Source: Chloroflexota bacterium (GTDB lineage: Bacteria; Chloroflexota; UBA11872; VXOZ01). From it: a stretch of DNA of 64,000 nucleotides. Position 1 is the stretch's first letter; each line of letters starts with the position of its first letter. The DNA lies in contig OZ244922.1 in assembly GCA_965221905.1 (NCBI GenBank), forward strand, positions 2,624,001 to 2,688,000. Reading direction: 5' to 3'. The notes beneath the pieces were generated by a model, which searched no databases, had not been told where the DNA came from, and saw only the letters and a list, made by a program, of their open reading frames with translations. Below, one piece after another: positions 12,304 to 22,141 of this stretch. The position numbers were made by a program, and so were the translations under genes.

Positions 12304-13041
12304 TCACTTCCCAGGTACCAAAGCCTGTCCTAACCAATCCGCATACCGTCGCATCTTGCGCCGAAAGTAGAGCATCGACTCATCGAGATCGAAGTAACTC
12401 CCACGCGCCAAAGTCGTTTTGTCCCTGATTGCTTTCCGCATGTCTTCCGCAGTCGTTCCCGGAAACAGGGTGTGCGCTTTACCTATACCCTCGAGGATGT
12501 GCGAGTCACTGCCTCCAACCTGGGAAATGCCCAGCTTTTGCTGGATATCCAGAGCTTTCTCATAGCTCATCTTGCCGGCAGGACTAGCGTTCATGACCTC
12601 AATGGCGTCAAAGTGGTAGCCTTTTCTCTCCAGCCGCCTAAACGTGTAGGGCCAGAAGCTAAGAGTCAACCAGGACATGGGGTGGGGGACAATAATTAGC
12701 CCACCTTGCTCCCGGATAGCATCGATCGTCCACTCCGCGCTGCGCAAGACGGGAAAAGCTGTCTCTACCCACAGGCCTATCAGGTGGCCGTCGAACGTAG
12801 ACACCTCGATGCCTGGGATCACTTCCAGGCCGGGGAACTGATCGGCGAGAGCCGCTGCCTCCAACGCGCCGTCGATTTCGTCATGATCGGTGACGGCAAG
12901 CAGCGCAATGTCAGTCTCCGCGCTGACGTACTCCAACATCTGGTAAGGGGAAAAAGTGCCGTCGCTCGCGTTGGTATGAATGTGCAGGTCGGCCTTGCCC
13001 ATGAGTGTTGGCATCGACGACGTTTCCGGAGACGGGACCAT
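12304..13041 (-). CDS. PHP-domain metallophosphoesterase
   Basis: DLHIHT..SDG, VTDHD, GIEVST..GH, PHP, GGSDSH; SD AAGGAG before ATG 13041. Confidence 0.9.
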   Translation of the reverse strand: MVPSPETSSMPTLMGKADLHIHTNASDGTFSPYQMLEYVSAETDIALLAVTDHDEIDGALEAAALADQFPGLEVIPGIEVSTFDGHLIGLWVETAFPVLRSAEWTIDAIREQGGLIIVPHPMSWLTLSFWPYTFRRLERKGYHFDAIEVMNASPAGKMSYEKALDIQQKLGISQVGGSDSHILEGIGKAHTLFPGTTAEDMRKAIRDKTTLARGSYFDLDESMLYFRRKMRRYADWLGQALVPGK

Positions 13042-13058
13042 CCGCGTACCGCTCCTTC

Positions 13059-13970
13059 TCAAGCGCGCCCCGCAGTGGAAGCCTGGGCAGTCAATGGCTG
13101 GGGCCACATGGGACGAAACATGAACCACTGCTCGGGACATGAACGAATGATTTCTTCCAGCACAATTGCAAGTTGCTGCATAGTCGCTTGAATGTCACCT
13201 TTCTCATCATCGCTGGGCACGGTATAGATAGGCGGATAGACGGTAACGGCCAATCCATTATCCGCCCCGCGCCGGCACTCGCACATCACCAACGGGGCTC
13301 CGGTGCGCAGCGATAGCGCGGCCGGACCGGCGGGCAGGTATGTCCGGCTGCCAAAGAACGTCACCGGAACGCCGCGCCCATCCATTGGCCGATCGAACAG
13401 CAGCCCTACAACTCGATTTGACTGCAATTGACGCAACATGGCGCGCAGCCCTCGCTCCACCGGTACCGTATCGAAGCCCAAGCGGTCCCGCACTCTGCGC
13501 ACGACCCAATCCATGGCCCCACTATTGAGCTCATCCACCGGAATTAACACTGGGAATCGCTGCGCAAGCATCGCACCGCCCAAGTCCCAAAGACCGAAGT
13601 GCCCGGAGACGAATATGACGCCCTTCCCGGCTTGGAGGGCTTCAGTGACATGTTCCTCTCCATGAAGCTCCCGTACCCGTTTCTGTAGGCGTTCGGGCGT
13701 CATGCGCATCCAACTCAGGAAGTCGGCCATGTACCAGCCATAGTTTTCCATAGACATCTTGGCCAGTCGTTGCGTTTTAGGATGCGCTACCGGTTTTCCC
13801 AAAACGTGAGACATATTGGCCGTCACGTTCTCGCGTCCCGTACGCCAGAGGGCGAATACCATCCCAGCCAACAAACTCGCAATACGATACTTGACGGTCT
13901 GCGGCAAGGCGCCGTCAATCGCGGCACCCGCCAGCAATAGAAGCCGTCCCATGAGGCCGCCAAGTGTCAT
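13059..13970 (-). CDS. Lipid acyltransferase, PatA/LpxL-like
   Basis: GKGVIFVSGHFGLWD (H-x4-D), LLFDR, VPVTFFG, PAGPAAL, PEQWFM. Confidence 0.88.
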   Translation of the reverse strand: MTLGGLMGRLLLLAGAAIDGALPQTVKYRIASLLAGMVFALWRTGRENVTANMSHVLGKPVAHPKTQRLAKMSMENYGWYMADFLSWMRMTPERLQKRVRELHGEEHVTEALQAGKGVIFVSGHFGLWDLGGAMLAQRFPVLIPVDELNSGAMDWVVRRVRDRLGFDTVPVERGLRAMLRQLQSNRVVGLLFDRPMDGRGVPVTFFGSRTYLPAGPAALSLRTGAPLVMCECRRGADNGLAVTVYPPIYTVPSDDEKGDIQATMQQLAIVLEEIIRSCPEQWFMFRPMWPQPLTAQASTAGRA

Positions 13971-13990
13971 ACCACTAACTCTAAACCCGA

Positions 13991-15100
13991 TTAGTCCGCG
14001 CCCTGAAGGACGTGGCCCACGTCATCACCGGATCCGGCTATAAACTCTTCCAACATCTCGCGCGCTTTGTCATCAGTAATCTGCTGCGGCGGCGACTTCA
14101 TCAGATACGCCGACGGCGCAACGAGCGTGCCGCTCAAGTTTCGGTCAAGTCCGATCTTGGCTAATCGCACGGCATCGATCACAACGCCGGCCGAGTTTGG
14201 CGAATCCCACACTTCGAGCTTAATCTCTGCGCGCAGCGGCACATCTCCGAAAGCCCGACCGTTCATATAGATATATGCCCACTTCCGATCCTCCAAGAAG
14301 GGCACATGGTCGCTAGGGCCAATATAGACGTTATCCGCTCCGGGATCGTAGTCCAACAGCGAGGTCACCGCGTTTGTCTTGGATTCCTTCTTAGATCTCA
14401 GTCGAGAGCGTTCCAGCATATTGAGAAAGTCAGTATTGCCGCCTACGTTGAGCTGGCTGGTTTCCTCTAAGCGCACCCCGCGGTCCCGAAAGAGCCGCGC
14501 CAGGGCGCGATGGACAATCGTGGCCCCCACCTGTGACTTGATGTCGTCGCCGACAATTGGCACCCCCGCTTCGTGGAAACGCCGCTGCCAGTATGGCTCG
14601 CGGCCGATGAAAACCGGAATGCAGTTAACGAAACCGCAACCGGCCCGCAGGACCTGTTCCACGTACCATTTCGTCGCCTCTTCACTGCCCACCGGCAGGT
14701 AGCTCACGACAACGTCCGTGCCGGTGTCTTTCAAAATGCTGACAATGTCGTCGGTAGGACCGGGGGCCTTGTGCACAACCTCACTTAGGTATTGACCAAT
14801 GCCGTCGTGGGTCATGCCGCGACGCACTGTTACGCCGACCGGCTCGACCTCTGAAAACTTGATCGTGTTGTTTGGCGCTTCCCAAATTGCTTCGCCTAGG
14901 TCCTTGCCGACTTTGTTTTGGTCGACGTCGAAGGCGGCTGAAAACTCAATGTCGCTTACGTGATACTCGCCCAGGCGCACGTGCATGAGACCGGGAACGA
15001 AGTCCGTATCCGCTGCGTCTCGGTAATAATTCACACCTTGGATAAGGGATGACGCGCAGTTTCCCACGCCAACAATTGCGACCCGTACCTTACTACTCAC
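13991..15100 (-). CDS. ino1: myo-inositol-1-phosphate synthase
   Basis: [50 protein letters not shown]. Confidence 0.96.
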   Translation of the reverse strand: MSSKVRVAIVGVGNCASSLIQGVNYYRDAADTDFVPGLMHVRLGEYHVSDIEFSAAFDVDQNKVGKDLGEAIWEAPNNTIKFSEVEPVGVTVRRGMTHDGIGQYLSEVVHKAPGPTDDIVSILKDTGTDVVVSYLPVGSEEATKWYVEQVLRAGCGFVNCIPVFIGREPYWQRRFHEAGVPIVGDDIKSQVGATIVHRALARLFRDRGVRLEETSQLNVGGNTDFLNMLERSRLRSKKESKTNAVTSLLDYDPGADNVYIGPSDHVPFLEDRKWAYIYMNGRAFGDVPLRAEIKLEVWDSPNSAGVVIDAVRLAKIGLDRNLSGTLVAPSAYLMKSPPQQITDDKAREMLEEFIAGSGDDVGHVLQGAD

Positions 15101-15214
15101 CGGTTCAACTCTCCCTAACGCTGCTGCAGTTCTACCTATCGACCGACAATGGTGTGCGGTCTCGACGCCGCCCACGCTAATATCCATTGATTCGATTGCT
15201 CGCTCAACTTGAAA

Positions 15215-15547
15215 CTATCCCGCCGCTTGCTTCGCCAGTTTCGGCTCGGCATCGGGCTCTGTTCCCAGCAAGTCGTCCAGCCCTTGGGCGACCTTCTGAA
15301 ATCCGGCAGGATTGACCGCATAGTGCACCTGCCGTCCGTCCTTCCTCGCCTCCACCAATTCAGCCCGGCGCAGAATGCTCAAGTGCCACGACAGCAGCGG
15401 CTGGCTGATCGGCACTTTTTCCCGTAGTTCGGTCACCGTCATAGTCTCTCCAGCCGCCAAGGCCCGGAGAATATCCAGGCGGGAACGACTGGCAAGTGCG
15501 CGTAGCTGTCTGCTGAACTCGCGTAGCGATTGCGCCTGCAAAGACAT
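15215..15547 (-). CDS. ArsR/SmtB-family transcriptional regulator
   Basis: ALASRSRLDIL...SQPLLSWHLSILRRAELV...GRQVHY; SD AGGAG. Confidence 0.92.
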   Translation of the reverse strand: MSLQAQSLREFSRQLRALASRSRLDILRALAAGETMTVTELREKVPISQPLLSWHLSILRRAELVEARKDGRQVHYAVNPAGFQKVAQGLDDLLGTEPDAEPKLAKQAAG

Positions 15548-15578
15548 TGTCTCTCCTAACCGAAACCTACCCAACACG

Positions 15579-15646
15579 TCACATATATATCAAATATATT
15601 TGAAGTGATTTTTCTTTATATTATCGCCTTCAGTAGCCTGCGTCAA
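15579..15646 (-). promoter_or_regulatory. Sigma70-like promoter and palindromic operator for the arsR-ino1 operon
   Basis: TTGACG(15646-15641)-17nt-TAATAT(15623-15618); perfect palindrome TCAAATATATTTGA at 15590-15603. Confidence 0.6.
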
Positions 15647-15991
15647 GAGATACCCAAGGATATTCAACGCGCGAATTTATCAGTTTTCGCGGAGCGCATC
15701 GGTGCAAGTACCAGCAGGCATCATTGGCTCATCAAGCATTTGACTAATCGCATGCATTGACTCCACGACGAATGTAGAAAGCGCCGAGGCGTCCGATGGG
15801 CGGGGACTGGCAAACATACATATCTCAGGCAATTGGAATGTTGGTTAGAGTGTGAAAGGAGGTATGCGAGAAGTGTGGCGATGCAATTGACAGATCTTGC
15901 GAAGAATATCTGTACTGAGGAATTGGTGTTATTCTTGCCCCGTAGGATTCAACAAGTGCAAGCTCATGCACTCGAGGTAGGGCAGCGGGCA

Positions 15992-16372
15992 TCATTGAAT
16001 TGGAGGCAGTTCCTCAATCTTCACCTCTCCGTCAAAGAAGGCATCTACTGTAACCCTACTACCCCACAGCAAAGTCATGCCTAGTAACGGTGCGCTGTCA
16101 GACTTCAGAACTAGTACATCTCTTAGACGTCCGTGCCAAGTGACTGCAGCAAGAAACGCCTCGAACTCAAAGAGTTCTCCATTGGCTAACTCAAAGGTCC
16201 GCTGGCCTACTGAGGGGATACCAAGTCGCTGTATGGAATCTGTGGGCAACGTCAAGTAGCCAGTAAACCCGGTATCCAAGATAGCCTCAATTGATTGAAT
16301 GCTACCTTCACCATCAATGATGTCGATGGTGACTAGCGCTTGTTGATTGCCGTCAACTCTTCCCTTAATCAT
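15992..16372 (-). CDS. Clan AA (retropepsin-like) aspartic protease
   Basis: AILDTGFTGYL, LANG and PLLGM motifs. Confidence 0.85.
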   Translation of the reverse strand: MIKGRVDGNQQALVTIDIIDGEGSIQSIEAILDTGFTGYLTLPTDSIQRLGIPSVGQRTFELANGELFEFEAFLAAVTWHGRLRDVLVLKSDSAPLLGMTLLWGSRVTVDAFFDGEVKIEELPPIQ

Positions 16373-16640
16373 CGTGCGTGGGCGCACGGAAGCCGCCGAC
16401 GTGGCTGTAAGCTGCGCGATGGCCGATGCGGATTCCATACGTCACGGCCGTCGGCCTCCGGTCTAATAGCCGCCGTGTTGCCACCGCATCGCCTGCGTCG
16501 ATCTCATAGTCGCCGCTCTCGACGTCGATGACTACAAAGTTTCCCTTCCCCACCGACTCAACTCTAGATTGGATTTGTTCCCGGTAGATCGCTTCTCCCC
16601 GGGCCGCAATCTCCCCAGAACTATATGCCCGGGCTGCCAT
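16365..16640 (-). CDS. Small hypothetical protein coupled to the aspartic protease
   Basis: RGEAIY...GNFVVIDVESGDYE...RIG pattern; SD AAGGAG; overlaps the protease start. Confidence 0.75.
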   Translation of the reverse strand: MAARAYSSGEIAARGEAIYREQIQSRVESVGKGNFVVIDVESGDYEIDAGDAVATRRLLDRRPTAVTYGIRIGHRAAYSHVGGFRAPTHDD

Positions 16641-16902
16641 GACATGCTCCTTAATTCACAGTAAAGCGTCTCGTCTACAATTCAAAGATACGCTCCAAGC
16701 CGTCCGATGGTCAATGAGGGCGCAGGTCGGACAAGGCTCCCTGATACCACGGTCTGGCCGGAAAAGAAGGGGACAGAGCCTTTTGCTGCGCTTGTACCTT
16801 GGTTCAGTGAAGCACAACTTCGAGAATTGTTGCGCATACATCCTTTTCCACTCTAAAGAGAATGTGTTCCTGCGCGCGGCATTTTGCTAGCATAGAATCA
16901 AC

Positions 16903-18018
16903 ATGCAAGTGGCACTAGCGCACGATTACTTCTATGCCCTGGGGGGTGCCGAGCAGACCGTTGCGGTAATGCACGGCCTTTGGCCGGAGGCGCCCGTCTA
17001 TACCTCATTTGTTGATCACGCTGCGTTTCCCTTAGACTTCACCGGCTGGGAACTGCGTACGTCGTTTCTTCAGCACGTGCCCCGCCCCGCCCGATTCCAG
17101 AAGTTTCTTACGCCGCTCTACCCGCTCGCATTCCGCAGCTTTGACATGCAGCCGTTTGACGTGGTGGTTTCATCGGCCAGTTTCGCCGCCAAAGGCATTC
17201 CACGCCGCCCGAACACCCTGCACATCAGTTACTGTTACACGCCGCCGCGCTTTCTCTGGGGCATGACTCCGGCTACGGATCGCGCTCAGATGTCCTGGCC
17301 GGTGCGCGGCCTTGACGCACTGTTGCGACCGTACCTGCGTCGGTGGGACCGCTGGGCGGCGGCACAGCCGCACCATCTCGTGGCAATCTCCAACACCGTA
17401 GCCGCGCGCATGCGCCGCATCTACGGCGTGGAGGCAACCGTCATCTATCCCCCCGTGGCTACGCGCCGTTTCCACTCGCAGCCGCACCGCGATGAGGGGT
17501 ATTATGTATATGTGGGGAGACTGGAGTCCCATAAGCGCGTCGACCTAGCAATCGCGGCCGCTCAAGCTGCCCAGGTTCCGTTGCGCGTCATCGGCGACGG
17601 CCCCCTCCGCGACCAAATTGCACGCACTGCGCCGCCTAACGTACAAATCCTTGGTTGGCTGCCCGAGCAGGAGTTGGTCGCTCAACTTGGCGGGTGCCGC
17701 GCCCTGCTCTTTCCGGGAGAAGAAGATTTCGGCATCGTGATGGTAGAAGCGCTCAGCGCGGGCAAGCCCGTGATTGCCTATGGCGCTGGCGGCGCTACCG
17801 AAATCGTGCAACCGGGTGTAAACGGCGTGCTCGTGCCGGCACAGACAACAGACGATTTCGCACAGGCGCTGCGTGCATTCGACGGTCGTCAATTCTCTCC
17901 TGAAGTCTGCCGCGAGACTGCGGCCCAATTCGATGAAGCTGTCTTCACCCATCAATTCAAGGCATTTGTGGAACAAAAGTGGATAGAGTTCGCGCAAACA
18001 CTTCCCGGGAACTCATGA
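16903..18018 (+). CDS. GT4 glycosyltransferase
   Basis: LAHDY...GGAE, YCYTPPR, HKR, EEDFGIVMVEA. Confidence 0.92.
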   Translation: MQVALAHDYFYALGGAEQTVAVMHGLWPEAPVYTSFVDHAAFPLDFTGWELRTSFLQHVPRPARFQKFLTPLYPLAFRSFDMQPFDVVVSSASFAAKGIPRRPNTLHISYCYTPPRFLWGMTPATDRAQMSWPVRGLDALLRPYLRRWDRWAAAQPHHLVAISNTVAARMRRIYGVEATVIYPPVATRRFHSQPHRDEGYYVYVGRLESHKRVDLAIAAAQAAQVPLRVIGDGPLRDQIARTAPPNVQILGWLPEQELVAQLGGCRALLFPGEEDFGIVMVEALSAGKPVIAYGAGGATEIVQPGVNGVLVPAQTTDDFAQALRAFDGRQFSPEVCRETAAQFDEAVFTHQFKAFVEQKWIEFAQTLPGNS

Positions 18019-18767
18019 ATCTAAGCACCGGTATGCCTAAAAGCGCCGACGTGCTTGGCGTGCGCGTGGACTGCGTGACTATGAACGAGACCCTGGAGCG
18101 GTGCGCACAGTTCCTCGATACCGACGGTCATCACCAGGTGGCAACGCTCAATCCCGAATTTGTAATGCTTGCACAGCGAGATGCACGGTTTCGCACGCTC
18201 GTGCGTGAGGCGAGCCTCGTGGTGCCTGACGGTGCGGGCATCGTCTGGGCCTTGCGCCGCCAAGGAATTACTAATGTCGAACGCGTCACCGGCATCGACT
18301 TGATGCGGGAAATCTGCGCCCAGGCCGCCATTTCACAAGTGCCCGTTTTCTTGCTGGGCGCCGCTCCGGGAATCGCGGCACGGGCCGCAGAAGTTTTGCA
18401 AAGGCAATTTCCGGGCCTCGTGGTGGCCGGCACCGCCGTCGGTGCGCCTGACCCCGACCAAGCATCTACGCTCTGTGCGCAGGTACGGGATTCCGGGGCA
18501 GACATTCTCTTCGTTGCATTTGGCTGTCCCGCCCAAGACTTCTGGATTCAGGACTACCAAGAAGAGACCGGCGCACGCCTCGCGATGGGCGTCGGCGGCA
18601 GCTTCGACTACCTCTCGGGCAAAGTCCAGCGCGCGCCGTTGTGGATACGAAGGATGAACCTGGAGTGGTTCTATCGTCTTGTGCGTCAGCCGTGGCGCTG
18701 GCGTCGGCAGCGTGCGCTTGTATCCTATATGTGGAAAGTCTCGCGAGAGCAACAAGAAGTAGAGTGA
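18015..18767 (+). CDS. WecB/TagA/CpsF glycosyltransferase
   Basis: TLNPE, VPDGAG, RVTGIDL, GCPAQD, GVGGSFD, RAP, LEWFYRL. Confidence 0.93.
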   Translation: MNLSTGMPKSADVLGVRVDCVTMNETLERCAQFLDTDGHHQVATLNPEFVMLAQRDARFRTLVREASLVVPDGAGIVWALRRQGITNVERVTGIDLMREICAQAAISQVPVFLLGAAPGIAARAAEVLQRQFPGLVVAGTAVGAPDPDQASTLCAQVRDSGADILFVAFGCPAQDFWIQDYQEETGARLAMGVGGSFDYLSGKVQRAPLWIRRMNLEWFYRLVRQPWRWRRQRALVSYMWKVSREQQEVE

Positions 18768-18845
18768 GAGCATCATTAGCGCCGGAGCGCGCCGCGACAT
18801 TGTGAGTTCTCTCCAAGACCACTCCTGCGCAAAGGATATGCAGCG

Positions 18846-19853
18846 ATGAATGCTGTCGGCAACACATGCACAGGCGGCGTGGATTCTGATAACGGGCTGC
18901 GAATCAATGATGTCTTGGTCGTAGGCAGCATCAACACGGACTTGGTTATAGCGGTGCCAACCCTTCCCCAAGCAGGGGAGACCGTGCTGGGGGACGACCT
19001 GCAGCGCATTGGCGGCGGCAAGGGCGCCAACCAAGCTGTGGCGGCAGCGCGCCTCGGTGCGCGCACGGCATTTATCGGCCGCGTCGGTTCTGATGCGTTT
19101 GGCAAGGCGCGCCAGGCAGAGCTGGAGTCGTTCGGTGTGGCCGTTGCAGGCATATCAACCGATCCCGATCGCCCGACCGGCGCGGCTCTCATTATGGTTG
19201 ACGACCACGGTGACAATGTGATTGCAGTGTCCCCCGGTGCCAATGCCGCGCTTGCGCCCTCCCACGTCATCTCGGCCAAGGCGCAGTTTGCGCAGAGCAG
19301 TGTGCTCATATGCCAGCTTGAAGTGCCGCTTGAAACAGTTGCAGCCGCGCTGGCTCAGGCCCGCGCGCACAGTATGACGGCCATTCTCAATGCTGCGCCC
19401 GGGAACGCCAAAGCGTCTCCCCTTCTGGGATCAACCGACGTACTTATCGTAAATCGAGTGGAAGCCGAAAGCCTTGTAGGGGATCGTGTAGGATCGATCG
19501 CTGCCGCGCGCGCTGCCGCGGGAGAGCTCAGCCAAAGAGTCCGTCGCGCAGCCATCCTTACACTCGGCACAGCAGGCAGTATAGTGGCTTCCAGTGACGG
19601 CATCGAGCATGTCCCGGCATGGCAGGTGTGTACGGTTGACGGCACCGCCGCAGGCGACGCATACGTCGGTGCGGTCGCCGCTGCGCTTGCACGCGGCGAA
19701 ACCCTGGCAGACGCAGCGAGATTTGCAACCGCGGCGGCAGCAATCGCGGTAGGGCGCTTTGGTGCTCAGCCATCGCTTCCTACGCGCAAGGAAGTCATAG
19801 AGTTTCTCAAGAGTCATCCTTCTGCCATACCTGCATACGAACGAAACACCTGA
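18846..19853 (+). CDS. rbsK: Ribokinase
   Basis: VVGSINTDL, GGKGANQAVAAARLG, QLEVP, LNAAP, DGTAAGDAY. Confidence 0.88.
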   Translation: MNAVGNTCTGGVDSDNGLRINDVLVVGSINTDLVIAVPTLPQAGETVLGDDLQRIGGGKGANQAVAAARLGARTAFIGRVGSDAFGKARQAELESFGVAVAGISTDPDRPTGAALIMVDDHGDNVIAVSPGANAALAPSHVISAKAQFAQSSVLICQLEVPLETVAAALAQARAHSMTAILNAAPGNAKASPLLGSTDVLIVNRVEAESLVGDRVGSIAAARAAAGELSQRVRRAAILTLGTAGSIVASSDGIEHVPAWQVCTVDGTAAGDAYVGAVAAALARGETLADAARFATAAAAIAVGRFGAQPSLPTRKEVIEFLKSHPSAIPAYERNT

Positions 19854-19875
19854 CTGTCATCCCGGAGCAAAACCC

Positions 19876-20898
19876 ATGACCGAATCCTCCTGGCAAGACG
19901 TACTGACACAGTTTTCGTCGCAGCGGATTCTCGTAATTGGCGACATGGTTGCCGACGAGCATATCTTCACGCGCGCGAGCGGCATGTCGCGTGAAGCCCC
20001 GCTGCCGGTATTGCAATTCATTGACCGCAAGCTCGTGCCCGGCGGCGCTACCAATGTCGCCCGCAATGCCCGTGCACTCGGCGCGGAAGTTTGGGTAACG
20101 GGCGTTATTGGGAACGACCAAGTCGGTCATGACTTACGAGAGATGCTCGAAGATGACCGCATCCATTGCAATGAACTTTACACCGCTGATGGTCGTGCTA
20201 CTTCAATTAAGACGCGCATCTGGGCCGGAGGAGACCAACAGCCTGTGCAGCAGCAGGTATGCCGTATAGATCGCGTCGAGCGCAACCCTAATTCGCAAGA
20301 GCTTTGCCAACAGGTGATAACAGGTCTCGCAACCCGCATTCCGCAAATAGATGCCATCATCGTCGCAGACTATGAGATCAGCATGATAGAAGACTCCATC
20401 ATCGAAACAGTCTTGCGCCAGGCTCAAGCGGAATGCAAGACTGTCACTGTCGACTCCCACGGCAATCTTACGCGCTTCCCGGCGGCCGACACGTTCACCC
20501 CAAACCAACCGGAGGTTGAGTTTACGCTCGGTCGCACCCTGAATTCGCATGACGATCTAGAAGAAGCGGGCACGGCCCTGCTCGATCTCCTTGCTACAAA
20601 GGTGCTTCTCATTACGCGCGGGAGTGAGGGCATGGCGCTGTTTGCTGCCGGAGCTGCGCCCTATCACATTCCGGCGCTCGGCAGCAGCCGCGTGATCGAT
20701 CCCACTGGGGCTGGCGATACGGTATCGGCCGTGCTCACATTGGCCCTCCTGATTGGTCTCCCGCCCCAGCGCGCTGCTATGATGGCAGCAGCGGCAGCAA
20801 GCGTTGTGGTACGCAAGCTCGGCGCTGCCGTAGCTTCCCCCGCTGAAATCTTGGCTGTTTTGTCTGCCGCAGAAAGCCCGGAGTGTGACCGCATCTAA
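19876..20898 (+). CDS. HldE/RfaE domain I-like heptose-7-phosphate kinase
   Basis: LVIGD, SREAPLPV, PGGATNVA, KTR, ITRGSEGM, DPTGAGDTV. Confidence 0.85.
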   Translation: MTESSWQDVLTQFSSQRILVIGDMVADEHIFTRASGMSREAPLPVLQFIDRKLVPGGATNVARNARALGAEVWVTGVIGNDQVGHDLREMLEDDRIHCNELYTADGRATSIKTRIWAGGDQQPVQQQVCRIDRVERNPNSQELCQQVITGLATRIPQIDAIIVADYEISMIEDSIIETVLRQAQAECKTVTVDSHGNLTRFPAADTFTPNQPEVEFTLGRTLNSHDDLEEAGTALLDLLATKVLLITRGSEGMALFAAGAAPYHIPALGSSRVIDPTGAGDTVSAVLTLALLIGLPPQRAAMMAAAAASVVVRKLGAAVASPAEILAVLSAAESPECDRI

Positions 20899-21364
20899 GA
20901 TCTTGACTGAAATAAAGCTGATTGGCCGCTGCAGTGCACTAAAGCGACAAGGACGATCAATCGTCTTCACCAATGGTTGTTTCGATCTGCTCCATCCGGG
21001 CCACGTCGCCTACCTGGAAGCCGCGCGAGACCTTGGTGATGCCCTCATCGTGGCTGTTAACAGCGATCGCTCCGTACGGGCGCTAAAGGGGCATACGCGA
21101 CCCATATCATCGGAGAAGGACCGCGCGCGCGTGCTCGCGGCGCTAGCGTGCGTGGACTTTGTAACTGTTTTTGACGACGACACAGCGGAACGACTACTAA
21201 ACGTCTTGCAGCCTGAGATTTATGTCAAGGGTGGCGACTACACGGAAACAGAACCGGTAGAGGCCGGCGTTATCAGGGCCTATGGCGGAAACGTGCGAAT
21301 CCTCCCCTTCACCTCCGGTTACAGCACCACAGCGCTTGTTGGCCGTATCCTCGCCAGCGAGTAG
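20885..21364 (+). CDS. HldE/RfaE domain II heptose-1-phosphate nucleotidyltransferase
   Basis: VFTNGCFDLLHPGH, NSDRSVRALKG..RP, YVKGGDY, FTSGYSTT. Confidence 0.92.
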   Translation: MTASKILTEIKLIGRCSALKRQGRSIVFTNGCFDLLHPGHVAYLEAARDLGDALIVAVNSDRSVRALKGHTRPISSEKDRARVLAALACVDFVTVFDDDTAERLLNVLQPEIYVKGGDYTETEPVEAGVIRAYGGNVRILPFTSGYSTTALVGRILASE

Positions 21365-21409
21365 TCCTAGCGATTTTAAACCGTTACACGCAAAGGAGAA
21401 AATCATACA

Positions 21410-21868
21410 GTGGCGCAACGTACTCTCATCATCATCAAGCCCGATGGCGTCCAACGCGGTCTTGTCGGCGCAATTCTGGGCCGTTTCGAACAGCGCGGTC
21501 TCAAACTCGTCGGACTCAAGCTCATGTCCGTCACGCGATCTCTCGCCGAAGTCCACTATGCGGTACATCAGGAGAAGCCGTTCTTTGCCGACTTGATCGA
21601 ATTCATTACCGCTGCTCCCGTTGTTTGCGCCGTGGTGGAGGGACCGGAGGCAATAGCAGTAGTACGGAGCTTGGTAGGCGCCACACGCTTTACCGAGGCT
21701 GCGCCGGGTTCGATCCGCGGCGATTTCGCCCTCGACCTCACGATGAACTTGATACACGCTTCCGATGCGCCCGAAACCGCGGAAAATGAAATCAACCTCT
21801 TCTTCCAACCGGAGGAATTAGTGGACTACACGCGAGAGAGCGATCGCTGGGTAACGAGCGAGGGATAA
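21410..21868 (+). CDS. ndk: Nucleoside diphosphate kinase
   Basis: IIKPDGVQRG, PGSIRGDF, NLIHASD. Confidence 0.97.
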   Translation: MAQRTLIIIKPDGVQRGLVGAILGRFEQRGLKLVGLKLMSVTRSLAEVHYAVHQEKPFFADLIEFITAAPVVCAVVEGPEAIAVVRSLVGATRFTEAAPGSIRGDFALDLTMNLIHASDAPETAENEINLFFQPEELVDYTRESDRWVTSEG

Positions 21869-22141
21869 TCCAAAAGCGCTATAGTCGCGGGAACGTGCAG
21901 TGAGAGTTGCCCGCTGTTGTGGAGATGTTGTTGTATTGCGCGGCACTGGACACGACCGCGATCCGCGTGCACCATACTACTAGAATGGTAATTCAAGACA
22001 ATTGCTCAAGCGGAAAGAAAGTGAATCGCGATCCAGTTGGCTTACGGCGCATTGAGAATCGTCGTGGTGTCCTCTGTTGATTGCCTCACCGAACATAGGC
22101 GAACGGGCATTAGTCATCAGGAAAGGGGATAGTCAAGGAGC

